DNA of 64,000 nucleotides from Perkinsus olseni (Eukaryota): NCBI GenBank assembly GCA_013115125.1, contig JABANN010000081.1, positions 1 to 64,000 of the forward strand, read 5' to 3'. Shown piece by piece: positions 38,801 to 52,250 of this stretch (position 1 is its first letter; each line of letters starts with the position of its first letter). The notes under the pieces were generated by a model. It saw only the letters and a program-made list of their open reading frames with translations, ran no database searches and was not told where the DNA came from. The position numbers and the translations under genes were made by a program.

Positions 38801-39911
38801 CCGTGACGAAGAATCGTACTACTAGTAACTGCGCCCCACGCATCTCGACACGGGGCGCAGTTGGATTTGGGTTGGAATGAGATGTTGGTTTCAACCCGTC
38901 GATCAGTCGATCTCCACCAGATAAACTTGCTGAAGTATCATGAAGAGATTGGCAAAGCGGTGAACTTTTTGGAAGTTTTAAGTGACGAAACCCATATCCT
39001 TGCCTTAAGTCTGATTCAGACGTTATTATGTAACACAGGAAGGCAAGACAAGTGACTTGTCACAAGTCCGCTCTGATAACAAGTACTGCCGAAATGGGCC
39101 CGAATTTCGGGCCCCGAAATCGGAATTTTATCAACTTGTCACAAGTTACTTGTGTCCTCATCCGACATCCTACCAAACCGACATCCAAATTGCGCCTCAT
39201 ACCTATAAGACCATTTCAAAGTTATGGTTTGATTGGGATCCTCGAATTGGACTTCAAACTGGAATTGGGGAGACCATGCTTGAACGAACAGAACAACGTC
39301 ACTTCGGAACATAAGGGTCCTGCGGCGCAACTACCGACGTAGGGAGGCCGAGAAAAAAAGTGCTTTTGCCTTCTCGTCGAGGACGATATGTTCTCCATCC
39401 GTCGTCAGCAGAGGTGCCATTATCAGTGGCGAGTCAGTGCTCTATGTCGGTCCCGTTATGGGGCAAGTTCAAGGACGAACGAGTTGTGATTTACTGATGC
39501 GGGAACGTGCTCGGAGACCTCCTCGTGGTGTTCCTGCCAGGAACTTCCTGGGAATTGCTCTCCCAGAGGAAGATTTTTTTTCTCTTCTCTAGTATTTTGG
39601 AGCGTTTCTGGACTGTCTTCACCATTGGTGGACCACTAATGGCCAATGCTAATTTGTCTGTGTTAACCCACAGAACATGGGCTGTGTTATCACACTCATT
39701 ATGGCTTGGTTGTTAGAAAGACAGTTCCCAGAAGCGTCACAGGTTCCGACGATGTGAGATGCCTGTGACAATCACCCAAACCTCCATATATCTGGAAAGT
39801 TGGGGAGTAACTGGTAAATCCACAAGGAAGGAGTTGAAGATTGATCTTCTAGATTCGATTCAAGATTGCTAGGGCTGCAACGGGTTCTGCAGAATCGCGG
39901 AGTACTTGATC

Positions 39912-40754
39912 CGGTGAGGATCGTTCAGTTCAGTGACAAATCGTAGAAATTACATTCGTACAAGCCTGATCCGTACAGTTTCCACACGTACAGTCTTGGG
40001 CCATGCACTGACGACTCATACAGCATCCAGCGGTACAGTTTCAGCCCATACACTGGTAACCCGTACACTGACGATCCGTACAGTATCCAGTGGTACACTT
40101 CCAGTACGTACAGTGACAAGTCGTACAGTTCCGACCCGTACTGTTGAAACTCGTTCAGTATTATTTCTTACATCGAATTTTCGTACTTTTCAGAATTTTC
40201 GTACAGCTGGGTAATTTTTTAATCATTATTTTTGGGGCACGCAAAAATAATGATTACAAAGTCATTATTGTGCCCGCGTGCTCCGCGTGCGACTCGCCTC
40301 GACTTTTCGACTCTGTCATCTTCCTCCCTCCTCGCTTACTGTTGGGATCGATCCAGGGTGATCCGCTTGATAACAGGCGCTCCCACCACTACACCAATTA
40401 GTGAATCTCCCTTTAGGAATTTTAGCTATCGAAATAACTCCTCCACAAATTTGCCGCGATTTGCGTAAGGAGGCAGCTGTACCGGATAACACTGTGCGAA
40501 TAAAGCTTGTACCGCTGGATACTGTATGAATGGTCAGTGTACGGCTGGCTAGTGTACGACTTGTCACTGTATAATACAGTCTGTATCTGTGGGTACTGTA
40601 CTGAACGGCACTGTATTACTGGCAACTGTACGAACCGTCACTGCACGACTTATCAGTGTACGGCTTGGAAGTGTACGAGATACTCCTGTATGAATGAAAG
40701 GCGTACCGAATAAAGCCTGTACGAACCCGAGGGTGTACCAGTTGTCACTCACCC
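39912..40754. mobile_element. Foldback TIR element with inverted 15-bp repeat arrays, 8-bp TSD and central tRNA-like sequence
   Basis: ACTTGATC at 39904-39911 and 40755-40762. Ends CGGTGAG..CTCACCC. cgtacag-cored 15-bp period on the left, ctgtacg on the right. Confidence 0.85.
40336..40404 (-). pseudogene. tRNA-derived sequence (Pol III A/B boxes) inside foldback element
   Basis: A box TGGTGTAGTGG and B-box-like GGATCGATCC at tRNA-like spacing. Stems imperfect. Confidence 0.55.
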
Positions 40755-41054
40755 ACTTGATCACCTCTGTGTACTCTGAGTCTGTGTACTCTGAGTGAGG
40801 CAAACTCAGCTTGCCAGGAGCCCTCACTGAGCGCTCAGTATCGGGTTACCGTCTAACTTCATTCTGCGCCTTGCACTCGCGCGTTGAGTACGTTGTAGAA
40901 GTGCACTTAATGCGGACTCGTCTTGGCTCAACTCGCTCCACTAAACGTGTGTGAGATAAAGTCAAGACAATGGCAAAAGGATATCGTCTAGCCAGGAGTC
41001 CGACTCCTGGAGTCGGGAATCACATAGCTAACGATGTGATCACAGCGACAAAAT

Positions 41055-41111
41055 TGCTTCAGGAAACGGCTTTCAGATGACCTGGTCATCTGAAAGCCGT
41101 TTCCTGAAGCA
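41055..41111. repeat. Perfect 28-bp inverted repeat with 1-nt spacer
   Basis: tgcttcaggaaacggctttcagatgacc-t-ggtcatctgaaagccgtttcctgaagca. Confidence 0.95.
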
Positions 41112-41846
41112 CAACCGTCGCGATTGATCCAAAAAGGCGTTGTGTCATAACGCCGCCACCCCGTGCAATGTGTGCCGCCTTGAATGTGTCTCCTTGACCG
41201 GCGGCGTCTGGCGCTGATTTCCGAGCGGAGTTGTTCTCGACTCTGCTGAGATGCTCAGTGGATGTCGATCAGACACTGTCACTCTATCACCTGAGGCAAT
41301 AGCAGATACCATGTTATGTTAAGCGCACAACGGGACACATAGTGTCCGGCTTGTGTCCCCCACCCCCAGCGAGCTAGTGCCGTGTGCCGCGCCTCGCCCC
41401 ATCTCGAAGACCAGAAGTTTCATTCGAAATGCATCACTAGTAATGATCCATCACCACCATCGTCGCGAGCCATTGATCAAAGGCTTCTTAGAGGCATAAT
41501 TTACGCTGTATAAACTTCACCGCCCGCGTCGAACTATTTCGTCGTTTGCCGTGGATTGACTTCATCGAACAAGTTCTCCGTTCGGAACGCAACTTTCCCA
41601 TCATCACAGGAAAGAACTGCAGGACGCACAACACGGACTTCCATGGGATCCTCGGTGGCCACGACTATATACTGCCAATATACTCGATACACCACTGGCA
41701 GCTCGAGTAATAACACCGCCTGGCTCCAACCTGGAAGTAAGCTTGTGTCATCGTGTCTGACAGTCAGACCCAAAACGGCTCGTGACAGACCGACAAATCG
41801 ACATTTGAACCCTTAATATCAATTGTTGTCGGGTTCGAACGAGAAC

Positions 41847-44800
41847 TCACTGAGGTCCGTGATAGGATCGTATGAGCCCGACTCGATGATGTGCATCATC
41901 AAAAACGGAATAATATCTCCGCAGGAATGTATCACCGAGGACCCACACCCCCCGTCCATGGTGATGGCTGTCGCGATTGAAGGGAAGGTCCAGCTTGCCG
42001 ACACCAAGCTCGCAGGTCCTGCAGGACCCCTCATGCGAGTTACATTGAGTCGGCCCTCACTGTGAAGGGCCGGTGTGCCCGTGGTGATGCTCGAATCTAA
42101 TGACGTAATCACTAGGTTTGAGAGGGTACCACACGTCCTTGCCAGAGCTGTCTCGTAATATAATATCGAGCTGCGGCAATCGACGGTTCAATTCTTCGGA
42201 GCTCAACTGAGAGTACTCACCGTGCTTCCTATCAAGGTTAGCCTAGTGACCTACTCGATCACAAGCGTGTGGAAGCGGCCCTATGCGTTCGAGGACCTTC
42301 GAAGCGTCTCCTTGCGGGCCTGTGATGAGACTGCTTCCGGTGTCCACCATAGCCTGACCAAAACAGGGCAAACCAATGGTTGATTCCAATCGCCGATCTG
42401 TTCGTAAAGGTTAATTCATTAGACGAAGACACACCGTTCTGGTCTGAATTATAGTTCATAGCTCATAAAGAATTTTGCGGCGTTCACATGATATGAATCA
42501 CATGAATGGAGACCTTCTCCAGAAGGCGGCAAAGGAGACGTACGTATAAACGTCGGAAAATACTAGCAAGGATTCCGCCAGAGCCGAACTGTGTCGAACT
42601 GTTCGTGTTCACTCTAGCCTAGAGTGCCACCTAATTTGGCAAGTCGCCAATGGCAACACAGCGTTTCTGCTCTAACAAATTAGAGAGTCCTGAAGCTTGT
42701 CTTACGTACCTCGCAGGTCCCCTCTGGGCCATCAACACCGCTTCCACAAAGATGGAGTGGCTTGCCGTCAACAGCAATGTCAACTAGTTGAACCCTCCAT
42801 GCGTCGGTGGGCGGATGAATATTGTGCCTGCTTAGTATACCACCAGGGGTGACCTTAAGGCGGACCCACCAGCGCAGTTTATCCGACTGATCAATGTGGT
42901 GTCTGTCGATTCCACCTATCGCGACTGAGCCTTTGACGGAAGTATCGGGAGACAAGTAAAAGCTGATCAATCTTGGATGATGATGCCGAAATCTGAAATG
43001 CTGCAACTTCCCTCATGAAAGAGGCAAGTGGCTGTGATTGTGTAAGCATAACCTCCTCATGTCCCGTAGCGCGATAGTGATTACAACGGCTCACCTCGCA
43101 ACTCTGAGCCATTCACCGAGGAGCGACTGATGGTGACCATCGCCGAAGTTGCCGCTCGGGGGTAGGCCTAATATGCCGTCAAAGGGCAGCTTCTTGAAAG
43201 GGTCAGGGCTTTGATAAGAAGTCATCCCAACTGGCTGAAACGGATAAAAGTAATTCTAATTAACGCGGAAATTCCACGGTGGAGAGGAGAGCAACACTCA
43301 CGAAGGGAAGGCAGGATTTGGGAACTCGAGCGTATGTAGATTCCTCGCAGTGCGTTAAGAATATCACACCTGCCTATCGGCCGAGAGGGCCGTGACGGGC
43401 TTTGTACTGCCCGGTGGTCGAGGAGCCTTGGTGAGCTCATCAAAGCACCCTCTGGTTGAATCACAGAGCCGAACGGTGTCTTTGCCCTCCCTGAAGCGAA
43501 CCTGCAGGAAAACACCTCGAACGATCCGCGCGGATCTCTTGGTCATCAGGCTTTCGATGCAGCTTCTCAACAAGATAGGGTTATGATAAGATAGACAAGA
43601 TAGCATGTCCCGGCTCATGCCCACAGCCTACCTCTCCTGTTCCGTACGTCATGCGCCGTTCACCCCCGATGCTCTGTTTGAAAGTTTGGCTCTGAAGGGG
43701 ATGGAACCTGAACGTAATGGCCTTCTGAATGCACGATGTTTCATCAGGCTTACTTGTGATGATGAACGCATGCTTCCCCATGGCATCGTTCGCCGGGGAC
43801 CCAGAGCTGCTCTGAGCCAGTATCGTATATCGCTAGAAACTTCTGTGGCGGGTCGCCGATGTGTACTTCCCCGTAGTATTGAAGATTGTTGTTGTTCACC
43901 TACCAACGGGCCGAACAACGAAAAACCCGACAGCGTTATAGCCTCAACGTCGCGGACAAGGATGAGCACAGAAACCAGCATCGAATTCAACTCGAGCAAG
44001 TGCACAGGGCTGAGCCCTGAGGGCTCACCAACCAGATGAGTTCTCATTAGAGGGTTGCCGAGTCCTCGGCTCATCAAGCTAGCAACAGACTCCTCAGAGT
44101 AGAGCTTCTGGTGCACATGCTTGGGAGGCCCTGCTAGAGTCTTCAGTGGCGGCGGAGGTTTCTCTATCGGATTCAGTGTAGTGGCAAGTGCTGTCGCTGG
44201 GGCCGGTTGTGCCTGAGGTCCAGCGGTGAGATGAGTACATGCATCTTGATGCTCAGCCATGAAGAGAAAGCCTTAAGAAGTAGTCGTACCTCCAGGCTTG
44301 GCTCTGGTGTCGAGCTTGGGATGCCGTAGAAGGAAGTGTGACCAAAGCCTACGAGATGATGGTTTATTCCGCGGAACAACTGGGGATTTGCAAAGACACT
44401 TCCATCTCACGAGTTGAAGCGAGCCGTGCTACCTGAGTCGCCTGCATGAAGATGATTGTGAGTGCTCGGAGAGTTTAGGAGACCGTGAAGTACCATACGA
44501 GCATCCACCAGCTTGAATGCTTATTATGAAAGTGAACCCGTCTACGCCAGACGGCATGCCGACCAAGAACGCGAGAGTTAACGACAGACCCGCCTTGGTT
44601 GAATATGTGAGAGAATCAATCGACCCGCTCAGCAAAGGATAAAACGTGAAAGCTCGAAGTTGGTGGGGAGGGGCAACTGGAGGGAGCTTCGGGAACAGGT
44701 GAGCACGATTCGTGCTGCACGAACACTGCCTGTCCCGCGTTGATCTGGGAGAAAAAAGACTTCGTCCGCTAACTCGAGGCCCACGCTCCCTCCTCATTCG

Positions 44801-44992
44801 AAACGCCAGTGTCACATGTACTACATTCCGCACTGTGCGGAATATCTCTATTTCATGCATGCCGCAGGTGACCCTCGTGGGTGTATTTAGCAACGGCTTT
44901 GGCGCCTGACCGTTCGGCGGCTCTGACAGCCAACGTGAAGCGAGGATGATAACCACAAAACTACGACATCCGATGGCGGGCATCGTGCTCAT
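41847..44992 (-). CDS. Pepsin-family (A1) aspartic protease, multi-exon; start uncertain
   Basis: Exons give [80 protein letters not shown], stop at 41847. Splicing near 42220-42255 is unresolved. Confidence 0.88.
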
Positions 44993-45915
44993 CTACATGA
45001 CCGTGTACGACACGAGAAATTGGATATGCTGAGAATCTGTCGAGGAGTACATAACAGTGTCATGCATACAGCGTCGTCCTCATAGAGGCATCAAGACGGC
45101 AGCGATTTTCGCCCTATTCAGCCCATGATGGGCTGCCCTTCAATCCTGCGCTGGACCAACACCGAGGGCGTTGCCTAGACCAAGGTAACGGTTTGCCAAG
45201 TCTTGCGGCGTACGGAGCAATAAGAGATGCTGTCCTAGGAACGATGTTATCCGTTCGTAGCTGCGTCACCGGCGGTGACACAACACTGTCCCGGTCGGGA
45301 GACCAGGAGTCACGCTGTGACTCCCCTGGAAGGGACAGAAAATGTCCCGTTGGGACATGGCTCATCGAGTGTCAGCCTCCTTTCCGTCGGGTACCAAGGG
45401 ATACCTCAGTCTGATCCGCCGTTCCACCAGCGAAACGACTAGAGAGCGACTAAAATGCCGATCACGCACTTACGCGCACCCCGAAACTAATTCACGACTA
45501 ATCCTCAGTGGCTAAGATGCGCCACAGTCACCCCTCTGTCTCTGTGGGCTCCAACCCGCATGCGTACGTATGCCCTGTAGCTAAAAATCCATGTAGACCG
45601 CGGCGTCTTCCGCTCGTCCGTTCCGTCTTCTTCAGGTGCCCCGTGTCGAGCTGTCGACTACGACTACGACTCATGCCCGGGGCGCTAACACTAATGGCCT
45701 TGTTTCAAGGTTACTATGGTCTCAATAATGGAAATGTAATTTAGTTGACAGCGAGCAGCGCCACTCAGCAGAACAGAAACCTCCCGCGGTTAGGGCCCCA
45801 CTGTTAGAGCAAGCCTGGTATGGCGACGACAGGAATTAGGGATTCTTCGGAGGTCTCTGGTCGAGTGCGGCCACGACTTCCTTGGTTCTCCTCAGTTCTT
45901 TCTACTCAAACGACT

Positions 45916-46347
45916 ATGGCAATTCTCCCGCTGATCGGCCTTCTGGCATTCTGTATCGCACACTCTCGTGCTCAACAATGGCAAGGAGATTGCATCTCTG
46001 GTAAGTTCGAGCTTTATTACAAGACAGCGATGCCTGGAACTCCCTTCGAAAAGGCCGAGCCTCCCGTCCGGGTCCTGGAATTCACCGCTACAGAAGAGGG
46101 CCAATGCGCCGTCAGCTTCTACTTGGACGACTTGCACCAATCGGGGTTCTCGGCTCTGTATACCCCGGAAGATTTTTTTACTGAGTTGAAGCTTTACGAT
46201 GTGGACAGAATACCAATCCCTTTCAACGACGACTTTGAGGAGATCCAGAATGACTTGACGCTATCGGTATTATTGTACGATCCAATTGGTGAAATAGTCA
46301 CTATGCTATGGGAAAGAGGGGTTACTAAATATGCCTCCACATGGTAG
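45916..46347 (+). CDS. Small secreted hypothetical protein (143 aa)
   Basis: Signal peptide MAILPLIGLLAFCIAHSRA. Intronless acidic ORF. Confidence 0.7.
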   Translation: MAILPLIGLLAFCIAHSRAQQWQGDCISGKFELYYKTAMPGTPFEKAEPPVRVLEFTATEEGQCAVSFYLDDLHQSGFSALYTPEDFFTELKLYDVDRIPIPFNDDFEEIQNDLTLSVLLYDPIGEIVTMLWERGVTKYASTW

Positions 46348-47923
46348 ACATTTTCTCTGCTTCAACCTCAAGCTTCGCCGATCTCGAAGTTCACTTCGCT
46401 TCAACTTATTGGCTACGGACTGGACATCATCGCATACCTTGGCCCGGATATAAACAGTTCGCTCATATTTCATCGGAGACGCACAATGGGTGTTAATAAA
46501 GTGCCTATCTCCGAATTCTACTTATTGCCTGTGTGTGCCGCAAGTTGTGGTGCACAGGTGGTGACTTCGCCTTTCATGTTCACCTGCTGGGGCTCGCTCA
46601 GACCGACATCCTTAGCGTTGTCACGCGGAGTTCTGTCATCTTCTCACAGTTGTGCTACCTAAATGGTTGCTCGCAGAAGACGAGGGGTATACAAATTTTC
46701 AAAGAGCGACTTCTTGAGCGTTGCGTCGAGAGTGTACCACTCGTTGTGCTTATCCTTACCGAATCAAAAGTTTCGCCTTCAGTCCTGCAGAAGGACTCGT
46801 TCTGATGACAAAATTGTTGCTGCAATAAAATACGCCACAATGGCATAGCTAGTCATTTAGCGAACTGTGACACTGTTCCACCGCTGCTGCGGACCGCATT
46901 CTGCGATGCCACTGCAGCAGTGATATAATTCCACTATCCCGTCGTGGTATTAAAGAGGCATCGTGGAACTGCATCCCCATCCGAAGGCCTCCAGCCGAGG
47001 GAGGCTCGAATGAAGATTCAATTTCGTGAATATGGACCTTAGCTACAGGATGATCATGGCATGATCAAAGAGGACGATTTCGTTGAAATTTCTACACCCC
47101 AATAGGGTGACCCTATTCAGTATGCGAAGTCGATGGAGATTCAGCGTGTTAATCACTTGCATCAATATACAAGTCTGGGCAAGTGCGGTAGAGTGGCTGC
47201 CGCAAACCGATATATAGTGTCTCTTTCTAGGTAAAACGTTCCCACGGCTTGTAGCAAAGATCAGTGATCATCGTAGCGAAGTACTCGCGGCAGCGAAGCC
47301 CCGCAGCGTCATTTAAATATGGATCTACTCGTCACATGCGTCAGAGTGCCACCCCTAGCTCGGCCAGAGCGAACTGACTGAGGCTGAAGTGGCCTCCGGG
47401 ATATCTTGCTAAGTCGTTGAGAAACAAGACTTGCCCACAATGGAGCTGGGTATGATCGCAACATGGGGGCGGCGGCTGTCTTCAGAACAGCAAACTAGAA
47501 GCGCAACACGGGTCAGACTTCAATCGAGAAGCTCCTGAGCTCTCAATCCCATTCCTGAATCAGGAATCCTGATGGCTGTGGAGGTTCCTCCTTGGTAGTC
47601 TCCGATAAATACCTGGCTGCGACGATAATTCGTGATTCTAACTACGGGCAAAGCCTTTGACCCACAGGGCCTCGACAGTCCACTTCCCCAAGAAGCGCTA
47701 TCATGCTCGATGTGCGGTACCACACGTGCCGCTGCACGAAGCTCAGGGATTCCGCATCGTCGTTCTGGCTCGCCCCTGGCCGCGACCGCGTTTGACATCC
47801 GCGACCAGGACTGTCGGAACTCACCAGGCAAACGCCGGCACCATCGTCGATGCACCATTCACTATTCGCGAGTTGATGACCTTCAAATTATCTCGCTCGG
47901 AGTGAGTCATGCCAACCGTCTAA

Positions 47924-48384
47924 ACGCCTACTAAGCATTGCCTGTGCGCCCTCCTTCTCCATTTTGCTGTTGGGAGCAGCCCCTTCGAAGAATTCACTTT
48001 GCCTGGAGATGGGCAAGATTGGATGCCATCCGAAGCGATCGGCAACTCTGCTGAGGCTCCGGCTATATCCCCCACCGCTGGACCACTATCGATAGAGCAG
48101 AAGCTACAAAGCCTGGAGATCCTTCCATATCACATCCTGACCACATCGACTCCCATGGCGCCGAACCCTACCTCGGTTGCGGTTGTGCGGAAGTTGCTCG
48201 AGTTGAGAGAATCCCTAATGAAGGGGATATTCACTCACCAGCAAATGCCAACTCGACCACTCCACCCCAGGGGAGTTTCTGGAGTGGTCGTCTCACGAGC
48301 TACGGGGTTACGACGTCGGTCGGGCAGATAGTAGTTGGGATGACGGCAGCGATAATGCTCTCAGAACAACTGCAACAAGGATGA
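47924..48384 (+). pseudogene. Pseudogene of the small mucin-like surface family
   Basis: FTLPGDGQDW and PLSIEQKLQSLEILPY match the paralogs. ATG is ACG at 47924 and the C-terminal GRLTSYG..AIMLS lies in a shifted frame. Confidence 0.8.
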
Positions 48385-49420
48385 TCGGCAAGCCCAAGCG
48401 GCTACCGGTGACTGCACCGTAATTGATTTGTTATGATACCACGCTTTGTTGTTCGCGTACGCTGAATTGATGCAGCCGCTAAGGATGTTGAATTGGCGGT
48501 AGTCCCTGGGCGGAGGTGATCTCGGGTATATCGCAAACGAAGGAACTGGTCGGAATTTCGCGGCGGGTGAAAGAAATAACGCGTTGCCTCAAACTAGGAA
48601 ACGTGCAATACTTTCGATTCGAAAGCTTCGAGTACGCCTGCGCATAATCGACAAGCAGTTTGACGCTAAAGTTTCCCTTGTGCTTGCATCGAGAAGGATC
48701 GCCAACGATGCATTGATGACTTGAGTTAACTGTACGGGTCACACTAGACACAAAATGGTCAACACGCAGCATGCATAAGCGCGCGCCCTAAATTATGACC
48801 ACAGTGGTCAGACCACAGTAGTGAGTCACTACTAGTGACTACTGTAGTGCGATGGGAAAACGCAAACCGGCAACCAACCACGAGCATATTCCTGTCCACG
48901 ATGACAACCAAAAGAGTTCAACGATGAACGGGTCAGCTAAATTGCCAAACTAGAAGCGCAACAGGTGACGCCTCGAATTAGGAAGCTCCTTGCTCTCATG
49001 TCGCAGCTGCGTACTGACAGTCAGTAGCAGCGATCTCACCGAGGCAGCTCTCTGCACGAGTCCATGCACCTGAGCACGGCTCACTGGGATGGAATACCCT
49101 ACATGCGAATTGATTGCTGATGACAGCTGGGCAGCTGAGCCCCCTGGGAAAGGACTTCCTATGGACCGCATATGCGGAGTCGAGTCGGCCCAGCTGACGT
49201 CACTCGAGAACCTCACTGAATCCGATCCTCCAGGTCCTTGACGAGCCTCTCGTTCTTCATTTTCAGCTCCTCTTGAACAGCAAGTTCCATCTTTTGAGAT
49301 TCGAGCTTCAGCCGCAACTCCGACAAGCGTATCTGGGGAGAAGCAGCAAATTCGAGCGAAATGGTGCGAAACACGAACCGCGGGCAAGAAGAGGCCTAAT
49401 GCAAGGCCTATCACTTAACA

Positions 49421-49493
49421 GCCTCGGTAGCTCAGTTGGTAGAGCGCGTGCTTTTTAAGCCCGTGGTCGTGGGTTCGAGCCCCGCCCGAGGTG
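49421..49493 (+). tRNA. tRNA-Lys (anticodon TTT)
   Basis: 73-nt cloverleaf: GCCTCGG/CCGAGGT acceptor, GCTC/GAGC D stem, TTTTTAA loop, TTCGAGC T loop. One T:C mismatch in the anticodon stem. Confidence 0.88.
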
Positions 49494-49529
49494 ATAATTG
49501 CATTTACTCAACAAAGATGTACAGGCTAC

Positions 49530-52250
49530 ATCTCTCTCGGTTTCGTCCTCCTCCTGCAGGCACTCTCCATCATCACTCCCATTCGGACCGTCGGAAAGGC
49601 GCGAAGTGCTCCTCCGTTGAGACCTTAGTTGCTCTAGTGCCTCGGTCAATACCTGACCGATACTGTATCAGGGCTGCTAAGCACTAATCGGGCAGACCCG
49701 AAATAAGTACTTGCCCCACGCTCAACGGTGAGAGCTCCCAACAAGACACCCTGCTCGCGCATATTCGATTTCCCGGCAAGAAGGAAATTCACAGTACAGC
49801 AGTTCCAGTGCTAACGATACCCCACCTGCTCTCTTGCTTTCAGGTCTCTCTGCCGTTGAGCGAGGTTTGCCTCAAGCTCATTGCACTCATCCTCTTCTTC
49901 TTTAATCGATTCCAGTACAGCATCATACTCTTCGCGACGACGCGCCAGCTGGAAATACGGTTCGACCGAGGGCATCAAGCACCAATACCCCTACTTGCGC
50001 TTCTTTGTCTGCCACCTCCTTCTGAAGGTCCTCCAACTCCTCCTTTGTCTCTGCCAACTTTGTCTCTCGCTCCTCAATCATAGCCGTCTTAGTGGTGACT
50101 TCCTCATGCATTTCAGCGCACTCCTGTTGAACCGTTTCCAGTTCCACCGCGACAGACTCGGCACGCTAATAAGGCAACAACACTGAAACACTAGGTTAGC
50201 AATCTATAACAGTCAGAACACAATCCGTCCTTTCCCCTGGAGCCACCATAATAACACAGTCTGTAACGGTTGCAGTGTAAGCCACGGGAGAAGCTCACTT
50301 CTGTTTCATCCTCGAGCATACCCCTGACCTGTTCCAACTCTCTCTCAAGCTGAGCGTTGGTGCTGTGCTGATCCTCGACAGCTTCCCTACCAAACCACTT
50401 ACCCCGGTGTAAACCCGGTTTATCTCACCTCAGAGCTTCTACGTCTTCTCCCTCATTGTGAAATCCCCTACCAGCAAGGAATGCCGACAATTCGCGGTTG
50501 GCCGCCGCCAAAGACTCGTTCAGCTGAACATCAGAAGGCTATCGAACCGCATTCAACGGTATCAACGGGCCCTAGACAAGTACAGTAGTGACCACTGAGT
50601 GGTCCCGCCCCTTCAGCAAGTTCTCCGGTTATTCAGTCTTTCGTACGACGAAGCGAAACGGCTTTTATAACTATATCTTTGAAACTCTCGCTGTAGCGGT
50701 CTCAAAACTCAGGATCGCGACAACCATACACACCCGAGCCGAAGCTGTCCGATACTCCGCTCACCCGGTCGGTTTCCTGGTGGATTTCCTGCTCCTCTTT
50801 TTCTATTTTCCTCTCCCTCTCCTGGAGATCGGCCCGTAACGTTGCGTTGGCCGAGACCATCCTATCGAGCCTTGCTCGAACCTCCTCCGCTCGAACAGCC
50901 GAGCTGCCTGGCAGCGCGAAGAGTGCAGAATTCCGCGAGCCGGCGACCGCATATCCACATTCCCTCAACTTCAGAATGGCCGTATCTACAACTTTCGACT
51001 CTTCAACTCAATTCATCCTTAGCGTTCGTGCCACGAACTTCGTTGGTCGAGTATTCGCCCCAATCCTAATACCTTGTGCCTCCTCCTCCTCTTGGATCCG
51101 CCTAGTCAGATCGGCAAGGGCAGCCTCGTAGCGGCCTTCACCGTCAACAGCACGGGCTTCAAGTTCAGCGAGCTGCCGGGCCGCTGACGAAAATGCCACG
51201 TAGGAACCCTCGTCCTCCACTATGGAGGTGTATGGAACCGGTAGCTCCTAATCCTCCCTGCTCACTACTGACCTGTCCCATCAATGCGTTCGCGATCTCT
51301 CCTAACCAACGCCACCTTCTCCCTGGACAGAACCGAAGACACTGATGGCCCGCAAACGCACACTCTGCACCGGGCGGGATTGAGAGCCTGACCATCAACT
51401 TTCGAATGCAAATCAGCCGAACAATCACCTTAGAGCTGCGACCATGCCGGATGTCGCTTGCATTCAGCGAGGTGTCGTTGAGGGATTCCGATGAGTCGTC
51501 GGCTGAGGGGACTCATCAACTTTCCCCTCCGCCCTTCACGTACCACCGAGGACCCCAGCATGATACTCCTGCTGCAGCTGTACGAGCCTCTCTTTTACAC
51601 GTTGGATCCGACTCGACCTAGCAGACACAACCGGGGAGGTTTGCTGTCCCGGCGAGTAGACTGATGGGGCCATGATGAAATTGAAGAAGTACTAAATGGT
51701 AATCAGCCTTCGCCTGGATACTGCCAGAGATAGGTAGGAAGAATGATGAACCCTCTTCCTGAGCTGACCGACAAACTTCGCGCCGAAGCCTTCGGCCCTT
51801 GATGGTTGTGCAGGCTCTTCCCTGTGGGCCATCTCAGCCCCAATCCCCATCAATTCCATGTCTCCTAGAGCTCACATCTGTAAAACTTTATATTACATAA
51901 CTCGGCTATCAGGCCCTGGTCTGTTCTCTTCTGATTTGAAATCAGGACTGACTCTCGACTCCGAGCATGGCTTGGCCAAACATTTGTAGGGCGACTGTGA
52001 ACATCCAAAAGATAATACGCTCAGATCAATGAATAAAGCCCCAGAATCTCATCCGTAAAATTCCGGGGCGAGATATGGACTCCTGCGGGGTCGTTCCAAT
52101 ATCGCTCCGCTCTCTCGAAATCCATCCACTTCTGAGCTTCCCACTTTCCCCCTCTATTTCTCGAGGCGCGCCCCTCACTACCTCCGACACAGCCCCACAA
52201 ACTCTGCCGCCGATGGCCGCCTGACTGTCGAGCGTGAGTCTCACAGCAAG
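49530..52250 (-). CDS. Multi-exon coiled-coil hypothetical protein; boundaries approximate
   Basis: E/K/R-rich heptad exons (EERETKLAETKEELEDLQKEV, LRADLQERERKIEKEEQEI, AARQLAELEAR) separated by short GT-AG introns. Confidence 0.65.

Noticed and set aside
39925-40740. CRISPR-like or coding interpretation of the periodic array
   Set aside because: 15-bp period with no repeat-spacer structure, no cas genes and eukaryotic context. Arrays are mutually inverted inside a TSD.
40915-40935. Spliced-leader RNA gene (tcttggctcaa)
   Set aside because: Only a partial match, lacking the 5' CCGTAGCCA and the following AG/GT donor.
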